The translations under genes were made by a program, and so were the position numbers. Under the pieces are notes generated by a model that saw only the letters and a program-made list of their open reading frames with translations, was not told the DNA's origin and did no database searches. 34,957 nucleotides of DNA from Paraglomus brasilianum (lineage: Eukaryota): assembly GCA_910592345.1 (NCBI GenBank), contig CAJVPI010000332.1:1-34957 (forward strand). The letters are read 5' to 3'. Each line of letters starts with the position of its first letter. Position 1 is the first letter of the stretch. Shown one piece after another: positions 12,707 to 26,714 of this stretch.

Positions 12707-13483
12707 ATGCTAAAAGCCATCCCTTCCAGTATCATACAACAAACGACCATCAGGAACTCTCCTAGATTGCTCTTTAATCTACAGACTGGATTCAATGCAC
12801 CAAATTTGTCAAAACCGTTTTTACACAATTTTAGAAAGTCTCATGGACAATATAATGATAATACGGCGTTCTTTATTATCCCAAACATTATTAAAAAGTC
12901 GCGTTTTCATCCGGCAATAATCACTAAAGAACATTGTCACAAAGTAAGACTACGCCCAATTCTTCCTGCCTTCTTCCGTCAATATTCCACTCCATCAACT
13001 CATTCAACAACCAACAGCACTACTACGTCCTCCCAAACTCATCATTCAATGGCTGATCGCCTCAAACAACTAACTCGTCAGTATGGGCTTGGTGCAGTTT
13101 TCGTCTATGTTGCTATTTCGACCATCGATCTTGGCATAACGTTTGTTGCAGTACGCGCAGCGGGAACAGAAAGAGTTAAAAAAGCCGAAGACTGGATGGT
13201 GAAGAATTTTGGTGGGTGGGTTACGATATGGAGAAGTAGAAATGCGGATGAAAAAAATGGGAATGAAGATGAATTGGGAACCGAGGCGAGAGAGTTGGAA
13301 AAAATGAGAGAGGCGGAGAGAGAAGGGAAGCCACCGTCATGGGCCAGTATATTTGTTATCGCGTATGGAATCCATAAAGTATTGGTGCCTTTAAGGTTGG
13401 GATTGACCGCTGCAGTGACGCCGCCGTTGGTAAAAAGGTTGAGGAAGATGGGATGGAACATTGGAAGGAAACTTGATAAATGA
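12707..13483 (+). CDS. FAM210/DUF1279-family mitochondrial membrane protein (yeast Nat2-like)
   Basis: Single exon from ATG 12707. Basic presequence-like N-terminus, RLKQLTRQYGLGAVFVYVAISTIDLG, FVIAYGIHKVLVPLRLGLTAAVTPPLVKRLRKMGW. Confidence 0.88.
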   Translation: MLKAIPSSIIQQTTIRNSPRLLFNLQTGFNAPNLSKPFLHNFRKSHGQYNDNTAFFIIPNIIKKSRFHPAIITKEHCHKVRLRPILPAFFRQYSTPSTHSTTNSTTTSSQTHHSMADRLKQLTRQYGLGAVFVYVAISTIDLGITFVAVRAAGTERVKKAEDWMVKNFGGWVTIWRSRNADEKNGNEDELGTEARELEKMREAEREGKPPSWASIFVIAYGIHKVLVPLRLGLTAAVTPPLVKRLRKMGWNIGRKLDK

Positions 13484-13639
13484 AGAAATGGATGATGATT
13501 TCTATGCCGAGTTTTTAATGAATGGCTTGACATCACTTGTGGTGATCAAAACGAATAATGCGGTTGATATGATTGCTGGAATTCGTGGATTTTCTTCCAT
13601 AACAATAAAAATGTTTCCGTATCACCTTTGTGGGTTATT

Positions 13640-14487
13640 TTATTTTACGGGAATCGGCACAAGAGACCCTTTACTATTATATCGTGCCTAAGCAAGCCAT
13701 GGAAAGCATCGTACGTTAATTTAAACACCTTATCTGACAATACCTTAAAAGTAATAAATTGCAATACCATTAGCAGGTCTCGAATTACCTTGAAGAACGT
13801 ATAAGATAAAGTAACGGTCCTGATATTTTTTGTAAACGGATCCTTTGCAATCTCAGGGTCTAGAAAGAAAAACACGGGCATATCAACTTCCTCGCCAGCT
13901 TTCAACTTCTGCTCTTCAAAACAAAAGCATTGTATCTTGTTGAAATATTGCCCCGCTCTGTCAGGTGTTACGTTATATGTAGCTATTCCAATAATATCTT
14001 CCTGTGACATATTCTTTGCTTTATAGAACGCCAGAGCCGTTTCTCCAGGAAGTACATGTACTTCACGCTGTTCTGGAACAAATTTCCATTGGAGTGCTTG
14101 CGACGTATTTGCAGAAAATGTGATTTTTATACGCGAGGAGGACGAATCCGGAATAAGCTTATCCGCTGTAAATCGAGAAATATCAGTGATTGGTGTTCCG
14201 ATAAATCCCGTGGCTGAACAGAACATTCGGTAGAGCGGGACACTGGCATAAGTTAGACCGACAAGTAAAATCAGTACCGATGTCGTATACATAAGCATTG
14301 ATTTGTTTCGATACAACGGAATGCCACGAGACGAAGCAGAACTTTTTGAAGAGAAATGCGGACGCCGCGGTGGCAATGGTGATGTAGCTAGAGATCGAAT
14401 AGTAATAAGAGACGGAGAGTTAAGACAACGAAATGAACAAAATTTAAAAGATGGATTTGTGAATAATAGTCTCTTTGATTTGGGCAT
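13640..14487 (-). CDS. COX11: Cytochrome c oxidase assembly copper chaperone Cox11
   Basis: Exons 14487-13789 and 13687-13640. YASVPLYRMFCSATG, YFNKIQCFCFEEQKL, VDMPVFFFLDP, TLSYTFFK, ending ARYNSKGSLVPIPVK. Confidence 0.96.
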
Positions 14488-14914
14488 AAAATGTGCAAAC
14501 TGTGATGGAAATTCGTTGTCAAGAAAGAAATATTAGATGGTAATTATATACCTAATAAAATATTAGAATTTCAATATTATAAGTAGTTTCACCTGTTTTG
14601 GTACCGTCGGTTCATATCTTAACGATGAATGTCCAGTTGTTTGTTTGCAAAGGAAAGTATGGTTTGAGTAACATCTTGATGTCATTAAAGGTTGTGAAAA
14701 GTGTTTCAATAGTATCCTTGGAATTATCATATTTTTCTTGTTTTTGCGTGAAAAAAGTGGTCAATAATTCTATCACAAGAATGGGGATTTGTGTTCATAT
14801 GATCATGTGATATTGATTTAGCAGAAAAATGCGAAAATTTTTTTAATTTCCTCTTCCTACCGCAATTAGCCAAGTGTTTGTTATTCAGCAGATAACAGAG
14901 TCTTGGTCTTAGCA

Positions 14915-15286
14915 ATGGTAACTGTTTCCATTGTTTGTTGCTATTATTTTTGAAACGAGTTGATTGCAAATTCAGCCCGGGAAGTTGCTTGTATTAACAA
15001 TAATTTGTTCCTCGTGTCTTTTTCCTAGCCTTCTCACAAGACCTATAGAATCAAGCGTGTGCTTGGTAAAAAGCAAAAACAAAATCGACCGATTCCTCAT
15101 TGGATCAGAGCACGAACTGGCAGCAAAATCAGGTATTTACGTAACAATTTGGAGAAACGAAAAGTTTCCTTGCATTTGAGCTATAAGGCCAAATTGTTAT
15201 ATCTCTTTAATTAATAACATTTTCATTCTTCAAACAGATATAATGCCAAGCGTCGACATTGGCGTCGCACCAAGCTTAATATTTAA
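14915..15286 (+). CDS. RPL39: 60S ribosomal protein L39 (eL39), 51 aa; missed by the ORF track
   Basis: Exons 14915-14917 (ATG only), 15029-15132 and 15238-15286 give [51 protein letters not shown]. Confidence 0.97.
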
Positions 15287-15537
15287 AGACATATGGGGCC
15301 ATAAGAATATTTGCATGATTTATTTCTTGTCATATAATAAATGTGTTCCCGATGACTGTGGATCATATTATGACCTTGGTCTCTAATAAATCGGTTGCTT
15401 GTTTTGTCCGGTGTGTTTGAGGCAAACAAATGACGTCTTGCAATGATTATTGGGAGAACAATTTGTTCGGGTACATGTTGAATCCAAGATATATACTGAG
15501 ACTCTTTCTATTTTTATTTTCCCTTAAACAGATTGCA

Positions 15538-19094
<3,557 letters not shown>

Positions 19095-19761
19095 TATACA
19101 CTCTATTAATATATTAATTTAAATTGAGTAAGAAAGTTGATAAAAGATTTTCGCTGTCATTTTAATTTGGCAATCCCGTGACTTTTGTGTAAAAAATCTC
19201 CTTTTCTGGAAATTGATGGTAGTTTATCATACTTATTTAAGAGGGATAATGTTTTGCAGACGAATTATTCGAAGAATGCAATTTAACGCATAATATCATA
19301 TAGCTCTACTAAATAAGTATCTGCATAATTTTTCATCTCGTAGGAGTCAAAATGATTTGATCGTCTATCTGTTATTAAAATCCAGCTTACGAAACAGTGT
19401 AAATGTTTTATTGCCACTATCGTTATAAGTTTATTAACGTTAATCTCTTTTTCAGATCGTAATGTAGCATGAAGATATGTATGGACGGCCAAGCACTTAC
19501 ACAAAAACTCCATCTAACCCCTCTCAAAATAAATCGGAAAAGTTAAAGTATCCGAAGCTTCTCCAACATCAATAAAAGAAAGAAAAATCAGTAATACAAC
19601 TACCACGACCACGACCACGACCACCACAACATCTTCGAAATACATATTTTCACCAAAATCCCCATCCCAACTATCTATTGCAACCTTCGAAAGCTGGCAC
19701 AAGAAGGGTAATCAATTATTACAGCATATGCATCTAGGACGATCGCCAGTATGTACGATGC

Positions 19762-20033
19762 GATATTAATCCCATTGAAAACCTCTGAAAACCACATGCC
19801 AAAAACTGTGATAAATTGGCTGAGTTTATGGTGGAGGAGTGGAATATAATTCAAAAAACCACATAATTAATTTTAGTTAGTTCAATGAGAGATAGATGTA
19901 TATTAGATTTTTTGTAATAAATACCCTTATTATAAGCTATCAAACGAGATTTAATGATAATAATTGGTACAATCGTTGACTGGAAATAGCCCATTTTTTC
20001 ATTATTAATAATTTCGTGTCATACCTAATACTG
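19762..20033 (+). mobile_element. 3' remnant of a Tc1 (DD34E) transposon
   Basis: One frame reads DINPIENL*...KNCDKLAEFMVEEWNIIQKTT*LILVSSMRDRC (cf. SPDLNPIENLW...EEW...LVxSMxxRC). Followed by AGCTATCAAACGAG and a putative ...ACTG-TA terminus. Confidence 0.75.
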
Positions 20034-20426
20034 TAAACAAAGAAGCCCGGCAAACAAACAATCAGATATCGCTTCGAACTACCCGGGTTTCAACTATAAT
20101 TCCGTTAACATGTTATGATTTTTATCGTTTTCCTTTTTCATTTGCTCTTAATTCATTTCATGCATTTTTCGGGAATTCTTCGTGACATTTATATATTTTA
20201 GGCAGCATTTTCTGCAATTTACTGTAATTCCACTGACACTTTATTCAAAAGCTTGTTTAGTTAGCAAAAGTTTTGATCTTTATTTAACCAAGCGCAATAC
20301 AGAACGTAAGTTTTCACGTCTCATTACTTCCTTGAGACAAGTTGATTATGACTGATTATTGTGATTTATGAAAAATAGGCCTCTTTTACCGTGTATTCGT
20401 ACAGTTTTTAGCCACAAACAATAAAT

Positions 20427-20561
20427 CCCGTTAACCGAAGTGGGTCGGGAGCATAGGTGGTAATGCTATGAAATTCAGTTTATCGGGGTAAATTTAATAT
20501 AGTAATAGAGGTTTTAGAACTTACCTTCGGTTTAACGGGTTCGGACTAACGGGGTTGACTG
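20427..20561. mobile_element. Right-end remnant of a pogo-type MITE related to the element at 31806-32371
   Basis: CCCGTTAACCGAAG, CCTTCGGTTTAACGGG and TTCGGACTAACGGGGTTGACTG share the same subterminal motif and end in a GACTG terminus. Confidence 0.55.
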
Positions 20562-20804
20562 TGTATTCCCCTTGACTGTGGGTGCTCTCATCAGCTTACC
20601 TCCCCTGACAGATTTGGCAGGTAGGTGCTCATAAGCTCTTGTCAAATAAAGTGGAAAGATTTCTTTATTGTTTGATAAGTTATCATGCCATAAATGCTGG
20701 GGGTGTAAATTATCTCCCCTCTACCTCCCCTACAATGATTCCTAATTTTAGCAACTTCTATCGTAAATAGCATCGCAGGGGCGAGCCAACTGTAGACCAG
20801 AAGC

Positions 20805-20975
20805 ATCATTCGTCTAGACACGTGAACAGAGACTTGCTTTATAACAAATGCTACATTACGTAGTGCGCATAACTGCCTGTACGACAATTGTTATCAACGT
20901 TTCTGCGCCTTCTCTTTCTAATTTTATATCTTCAACCATTGTTACTATCTCTGTTCACGTGTCTAGACGAATGAT
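20805..20975. repeat. Perfect 28-bp inverted repeat with 115-bp spacer
   Basis: ATCATTCGTCTAGACACGTGAACAGAGA (20805-20832) / TCTCTGTTCACGTGTCTAGACGAATGAT (20948-20975). Confidence 0.9.
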
Positions 20976-21390
20976 TATTATTATCTTGTTAAATAAGAGT
21001 CCCGTGAACTGTCATATGTCCTTTAAGAGCCCCCCTTTTTCGCGTGTTATTATTTTTGCCTTTCTCTCCTTTTCTTAAGCTACGTGTTTACTTCCTTCCT
21101 TCCCCTTTGAACCGTACAATATTATCTTTCCCTTTTTCCGCGTTTAACCCACACATTTACTTACTTTCTTGCCTTTCTTTCCTAGAACTGTCGTTTCAAA
21201 GTTACGTATTTACTTCTTTTTTCTTTTCTCCTTTGCCAACTTACGCGTTTACTTACTCTTTCTTCTTGCTTTGAACAATATAATTTTATCTTTCTCCTTC
21301 CTCGACTACATCTTTTCCTAACTATTGAGTAAAAAACTTTTCCCAGATAGTATTTGTTTTTTTCTATTTTTGATTATGTGTTAACATTAT

Positions 21391-21610
21391 ATGAAGGAAA
21401 AGCTGGGGCGATATTAAAAAAGGCTGGGGCGATATGAAAGAAAAGCTGGGGCAATATGAAAGAAAAGCTGGGGCGATATGAAAGAAAAGCTGGGGCGATA
21501 TGAAAGAAAAGCTGGGGCAATATGAAAGAAAAGCTGGGGCGATATGAAAGAAAAGCTGGGGCAATATGAAAGAAAAGCTGGGGCAATATGATTGAATGAA
21601 GCTGGGGCGA
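21391..21610. repeat. Minisatellite, 10 copies of a 22-bp unit
   Basis: Unit ATGAAAGAAAAGCTGGGGCRAT, head-to-tail with no spacers. Copies 1, 2 and 10 are degenerate. Confidence 0.95.
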
Positions 21611-22806
21611 GGGGTGCACTCAGAGTATTTATAAAATTGTTACTAAATAGCCGGTCGATTCTGGATGGCCCATCCGGGTTGACCAGCTCAGTGGTTTCCC
21701 TCTAGTAAAGTGATTGACATATAACTAGAGGAGGAAGCAAACCACTTCGCTCTCCAGCTGACTCAGATAAGGCTTTCTTTACTTCTATAACTTCTCCTTC
21801 AGAACCGGGTTTAGATTTCCTATTCCTAGCTCTGAAGGTATAATAAATTCAAAGTCTTAGTCTTGCTGATTTAGCTATCCATCTAATCAAGCAAGGCTTT
21901 TTGGCTTTTACATTTTTTTCAGATTATTATTGTTTGTTGTATTGTCAATTAGGTATACCCTCTACATAATGATTAAAATAAAAAGGAAATTGTTCTTTAC
22001 CAACTATTAAATGCAGATACTTGAAAAAGATGAACAAAGTCTATTCGATGATCGATAATTGTAGCGTCAAAAACACTGGCTAATTATCCAGTAACAAAAC
22101 AAATGGAATTCGAAATACCAATACTAAAAGCCTTCCTTATTTTAATGATATCGCTCGAGAACCAGCCAAGTTGACTTCATCGATAACAAAGGACTTAACA
22201 AGGCCCTGTCTACTAATATGTCGAAAACTTTATGGCTCGGAAAAGGAAATAAGGTGTATTAATCAATGATCGTCCTTACCCACATTTACGGTATGATATA
22301 CCAAAAAAGAAAATTGGTAAATCAAGTTCTCCCATATTTGTGACAATCATAGTTGTACAACGATAACATGCATGAGATATTGAAAATACATTAATATCGA
22401 CTCAACAACGATGCAACAGCTGAGGAAGAGGATGATAGCAGCGACGATTTGTGTCTGTTACTGGTGGCAAATAAAACGGCTTTAGAAAGTGTCGAAATGA
22501 ATTATTTAACAACAGAATGACTTTAGCACTTGGTATTAAAATAAGGGACTTGTAAGAAAAAACAAATTAATTCAATGAAACAAACGACTCTAGATAGTTT
22601 TCCTGCAAATTAAGTTTATTATATTCTGTTAGTTCGCGTGCTCTCAGTAAGTAGGTCCTTTCGATAAATCAAAGCCCAGCCCGCCTGGGCCGACTTATCG
22701 AGGTTGACTATGTAATTGTAACTACCTGTTGCTGGACGAATGGAGATGTGGTTGTTAAAAGTTAGCACTAGAGAGCAGAATAACAGGAAGCAAATTTTTA
22801 AATATA

Positions 22807-24558
22807 TCATCCTAAGATATCTTGAAGATATGAGAACTCATCCCATATGTCTTTATCTGATTCACCATCGTTTTCTATATCAGTTTTGGTTGAGCTATCA
22901 TGCGTTCCAACCGCGCTTTTCTCAGAATGCATTCGTTTGCCAACATCAGAGCGTTTTTTTATAGGTATCCCTAACGGCTCGCTGGTGCATGATAAATATT
23001 ATTGAGCTCATTGTTAATCCTAGAAACATGCTTATTACGATCGTTCGAACAACTCACCTTGCTCGCCTCCTTTTGATAGCGATACGGATCGACCGTCGTA
23101 CTTGTGAAGGAGATACGGTTGTTAAATATAACATTAAGGAATAGAAAAACGTGAAGTAGGACTTTTACATCAATCCTAAGATACCTTGAGGATATGAAGA
23201 TTCATCCCATATGCCATTATCCGATTCACTAGAGTGTTCTATATCAGTTTTTGTCAAGCTCTCGCGCGTTCCAACCGTGCTTTTCTCAGAACGCCTTCGT
23301 TTGCCAACATTAGAGCGTTTCTTTATTGGTATCTCCAGCGGCTCGCTGGTGCAGGATAAATATTATTGAGCTCATCGTTAATTCCAGAAGCATGCTTATT
23401 ACGATCGTTTCAAACGACCTACCTTGCTCGCCTCCTTTTGTTAGCGATACGGATCGACCGTCGTACTTGTGAAGGAGATACGGTTGTTATTAAGGAGTAG
23501 AAAAACGTGAAGTTAGATTTTATATTAATCTAAGATACCTGAAGATTCATCCCATATGTCATTATCCGATTCACTACTATCAGTTTTGGTCGAGCTATCA
23601 CGCGTTCCAACCGGCGTGCTTGTCTCAGAACGCATTTGTTTGTCAACATTAGAGTTTTTGTTTATAGGAATCTCCAATGGTTCGCTGATGCTTGGTAAAT
23701 ATTATCGAGCTCATCGTTAATTCCAGAAATATAATTCTTATGATCGTTCGAACGACTTACCTTGTTCGCCTCTTGTTGGCGATACGGATCGACCGTCGTA
23801 CTTTTCCTGCAGCCTGATCGATTCTTATGACAAATGGTTTAATATTAGCCGAACGCGTCTTGTATAATCAATCGACTAAAAGATCTCTTAGATACTCACC
23901 CCCGCGATCTTGAGATTTTGGTTTTTACTGTGCTTTGATTAACATTTTCCTCTCTGTCGTTAACTGTGAATGGGTCCATCGTTTCGTTATATTCGTAGTG
24001 TTCATCTGAAAATTCTACCTCATCCGAATCATCCGCACACTGTTGCTCACCGAACTGGATAAGAAAAACGTAATGTCCTGATTTATTTACTTTGCTTCTA
24101 CTGTAGTTTTTGACTCATTGTTATTTACGAACCTTTAGCAGAATGTTATCAACGATCTCCAATGCTTCCTTCTCTAATTCACTACTGCTATCAGTTCCCA
24201 CGTTTTCCTTTATGTTTTTATTCACGGACTCTCTCTCGGAATTGACAACCCTTTTGTTTTTTCTATAATTCCTTGTTTGATTTACGTTTGTCTTATCAGC
24301 GAATAGATACCGAGTATAATCAGTTAACGTTTTCAGGTGAGAGAAGTTATCAATGAGAGGCGGTTGGGTGGGTAGTGAGTCGCCGCATTGTAGTACATCT
24401 TCTGATTCATAAAATGCCAACGTTGATATCAGTGCATTAGATTTGTCATAGGCGTAGCTGGGCATACGTTGGGATTGTATCGAATCGTTGTATACATTCG
24501 CATAGACAATTGACGGATTATTGGCAATTTCTAATAGTGAACGTGGTCTTTCTTGCAT
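22807..24558 (-). CDS. Orphan ~403-aa basic/acidic low-complexity protein with three RRSIRIA-containing repeats (8 exons)
   Basis: Exons 24558-24133, 24054-23900, 23823-23761, 23684-23539, 23465-23423, 23345-23185, 23100-23058, 22981-22807 join in frame (1212 nt) using GT..AG introns. Confidence 0.7.
22810..23801. repeat. Tandem triplication of a ~340-365 bp exon-intron-exon-intron unit
   Basis: Three diverged copies sharing GCGATACGGATCGACCGTCGTACTT, TTCTCAGAA(C/T)GC-like and TCATCCCATATG blocks. Confidence 0.93.
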
Positions 24559-25124
24559 TGTATCCAAACTCAAAGGGATGCGTGCGTTTCAAAGTGATTG
24601 TATTTAGCTCTTCAAACGTATAACAGTCAGAATGTAATAGCTAAAGCTATGATGTTGGTTGACACGCGCTGCGTAATAGTAAGAGCACGCGTTAATTTGA
24701 CAGATCATGAATGTGCACGATAGCCTTATTGAGAGAGATCTACATTCAAAGAATTTTCTAGGCCCGGTACGCCACATTTCTGTCAGCTACTACTCGATAC
24801 AACAACTGAGGAATGAATTATCACTTCGTGTATTTTAATTTCAGAGTATAAGGCGCTACTCGTTTATTCAAAATCAACAGGAATGTACTTTCGCTTGGGT
24901 ACTTAAAAAGGTTTGATCGGCTTGATATTTTAGACATACTAGAGAAAGACGCGAGATAGTTACGCGAAGATAATTATAACAATAAGGAATCGAATGTTTA
25001 CTGATGTACATTTATACTTCTTCGTTTTTCAACATACTCTTCCCAGGAGACGTTCATACTATGGCGACTTGCGCATCTATACGTATGTGGGGATATACGT
25101 CATCAACTCACATTCTCTGGCGGA

Positions 25125-25400
25125 TTATTGCTGTTTGTAAAAAAAATTCGAGCGTTCGGAGAAAAAATGGCTTTGATCCTTAAAACTATGATTTTCCGTT
25201 TCATTTTCCGTCTGACTTATTCTGTAATTTAGGTAATCACTCCTCCGTCTATCAATGTCATATAGAACATATTGTTTCAATGTAAAGTTCACATTCTGAT
25301 CCCAGGATGGAGATTTACGAATGGCACTTTCGCTTTCAGAAGAACGCGACTCCAGAAGTACCAGAGTATCTTCCTTGGCATCCATGTTGAGCTCTTTCAT
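25125..25400 (-). pseudogene. Unidentified 91-aa ORF, possibly the frameshifted first exon of an unknown gene
   Basis: ATG-started hydrophilic ORF. Removing one base from the A8 run (25139-25146) would extend it to a GTGAGT donor at ~25111. Confidence 0.3.
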
Positions 25401-26504
25401 TAGAAAGGTATTATTGATTTAACCCATGGTTTCTAAATAGACAATTAAAAAAGATGAACACTATAGAAACACAAATAAAAGGTTATATAGAATGTATTAT
25501 ACCATTAGATAATGAAAAAATATATAGAAGACGCACCAGGAAATTTCGAACATTGAGTGAAGCATCAGTTGTGGATAGAACTGCTCAAATAAATTTGAGA
25601 AATATAGCTGGAACTTTTTTTTTTAGATAAGTCTGCAATTTGCGGTCAATGAATAGTGAGTTTGGTGAGTTGGTCGGAGGGGGGTTCTGCCCACAAAAGG
25701 TTGTCTACAAGGATAGATTTGGTGTTCCGCCAGTTAAAGAACCATCAGGGTTAACCAGAGGTTTGTTGCCATATGGGAAAGCTTTGGAGCATTCTGGGGG
25801 ATTGTTGGAAGAAGGAGACACTGAGATATGATCATCTTCGTCGGCTCGGACTTCTCACGTACTGTTTTTGCTAAAAACGTTTATCAACGTAACACGACTC
25901 AAGCGGAGCTCGCTAAGCTGTATAAAAGGCGTTTATATTAGACAGAATTTATTTTGTGAAAGAAAAATTGCTGAATGACCTGTAAGGGCAAAGTTTTTAT
26001 GTAAATCGAGCACGTACATCAAGTTTACCAAATATTTTGGCAAATATTGAGAATTTTAATGCATCAGAGAACTGGTTTCAAAGTTAAAAACTTTACATTC
26101 TCTTGGTACATAGGCAGAGCGCTGAACTCCAATTGACAATTCTATGAAGTGCTAGAAATTTTACTGAAAACTTCAAGCTAGGAGATATCTACAAGAGGGA
26201 TAATGCTGTGTCGTTGCCGTTAAATCAATTGTCTTGGCCATTCTCACGCTCTCTGAAAACGTTAATAAATGTTGCCGCCTATGGAATGATTAATGTTTTG
26301 GGTATTCTCAAGACTGATAGTATGATGCAACGTAGTCATCGATGTAATAACATTCTGGTCATTTCGACGATAAGCATTCTGATCAAGATAAACTGCAGAC
26401 GAGTCTACCAAACAGCTTGCTATAAAAACCACAAGTAGTGAACTAGATATTATCAAACAAGCTGTGGACGTTTAATGAAGGGAATTAATTACATTAGATA
26501 ATGC

Positions 26505-26668
26505 AAAATTTGTTGTATCATAGTAATAGAGGAAACAAATAAGGCATTATCAACAAATGGTTCATGTGACTTGATTATGAAGATAAAATTTGTTGTATAA
26601 TAGTAATAGAAGGAAACAAATAAGGTATTATTTATCAAATGGTTCATGTGACTTGATTATGAAGATAA
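26505..26668. repeat. Tandem duplication of ~80 bp immediately upstream of the KICS2-like gene
   Basis: AAAATTTGTTGTAT...CAAATGGTTCATGTGACTTGATTATGAAGAT occurs at 26505-26584 and 26585-26666. Confidence 0.9.
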
Positions 26669-26714
26669 TTGCAAGATAAATATGACATGTCATTAGGAAC
26701 TCAATTTCCGCACT

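Noticed and set aside
13105..13536. 143-aa antisense ORF (and similar ORFs at 6070, 14303, 17347, 29349)
   Set aside because: Shadows of real genes on the opposite strand with no recognisable motifs.
15440..15505. Possible C/D box snoRNA between RPL39 and TRM4
   Set aside because: Imperfect C box (ATGATTA), weak terminal stem and only ~9 nt of rRNA-like complementarity; lies in 3' UTR space.
19514..19702. Poly-Val membrane-protein ORF
   Set aside because: Antisense reading of an ACC/ACG microsatellite.
21364..21619. CRISPR-like array or repeat-protein ORFs
   Set aside because: Units are contiguous with no unique spacers and there are no cas genes. The 22-bp period shifts frame, so the ORFs are by-products.
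23058..23823. CENP-C or shugoshin assignment for the RRSIRIA gene
   Set aside because: Lacks the aromatic YW pair and spacing of the CENP-C motif; no cupin domain or shugoshin coiled-coil/SGO motif seen.
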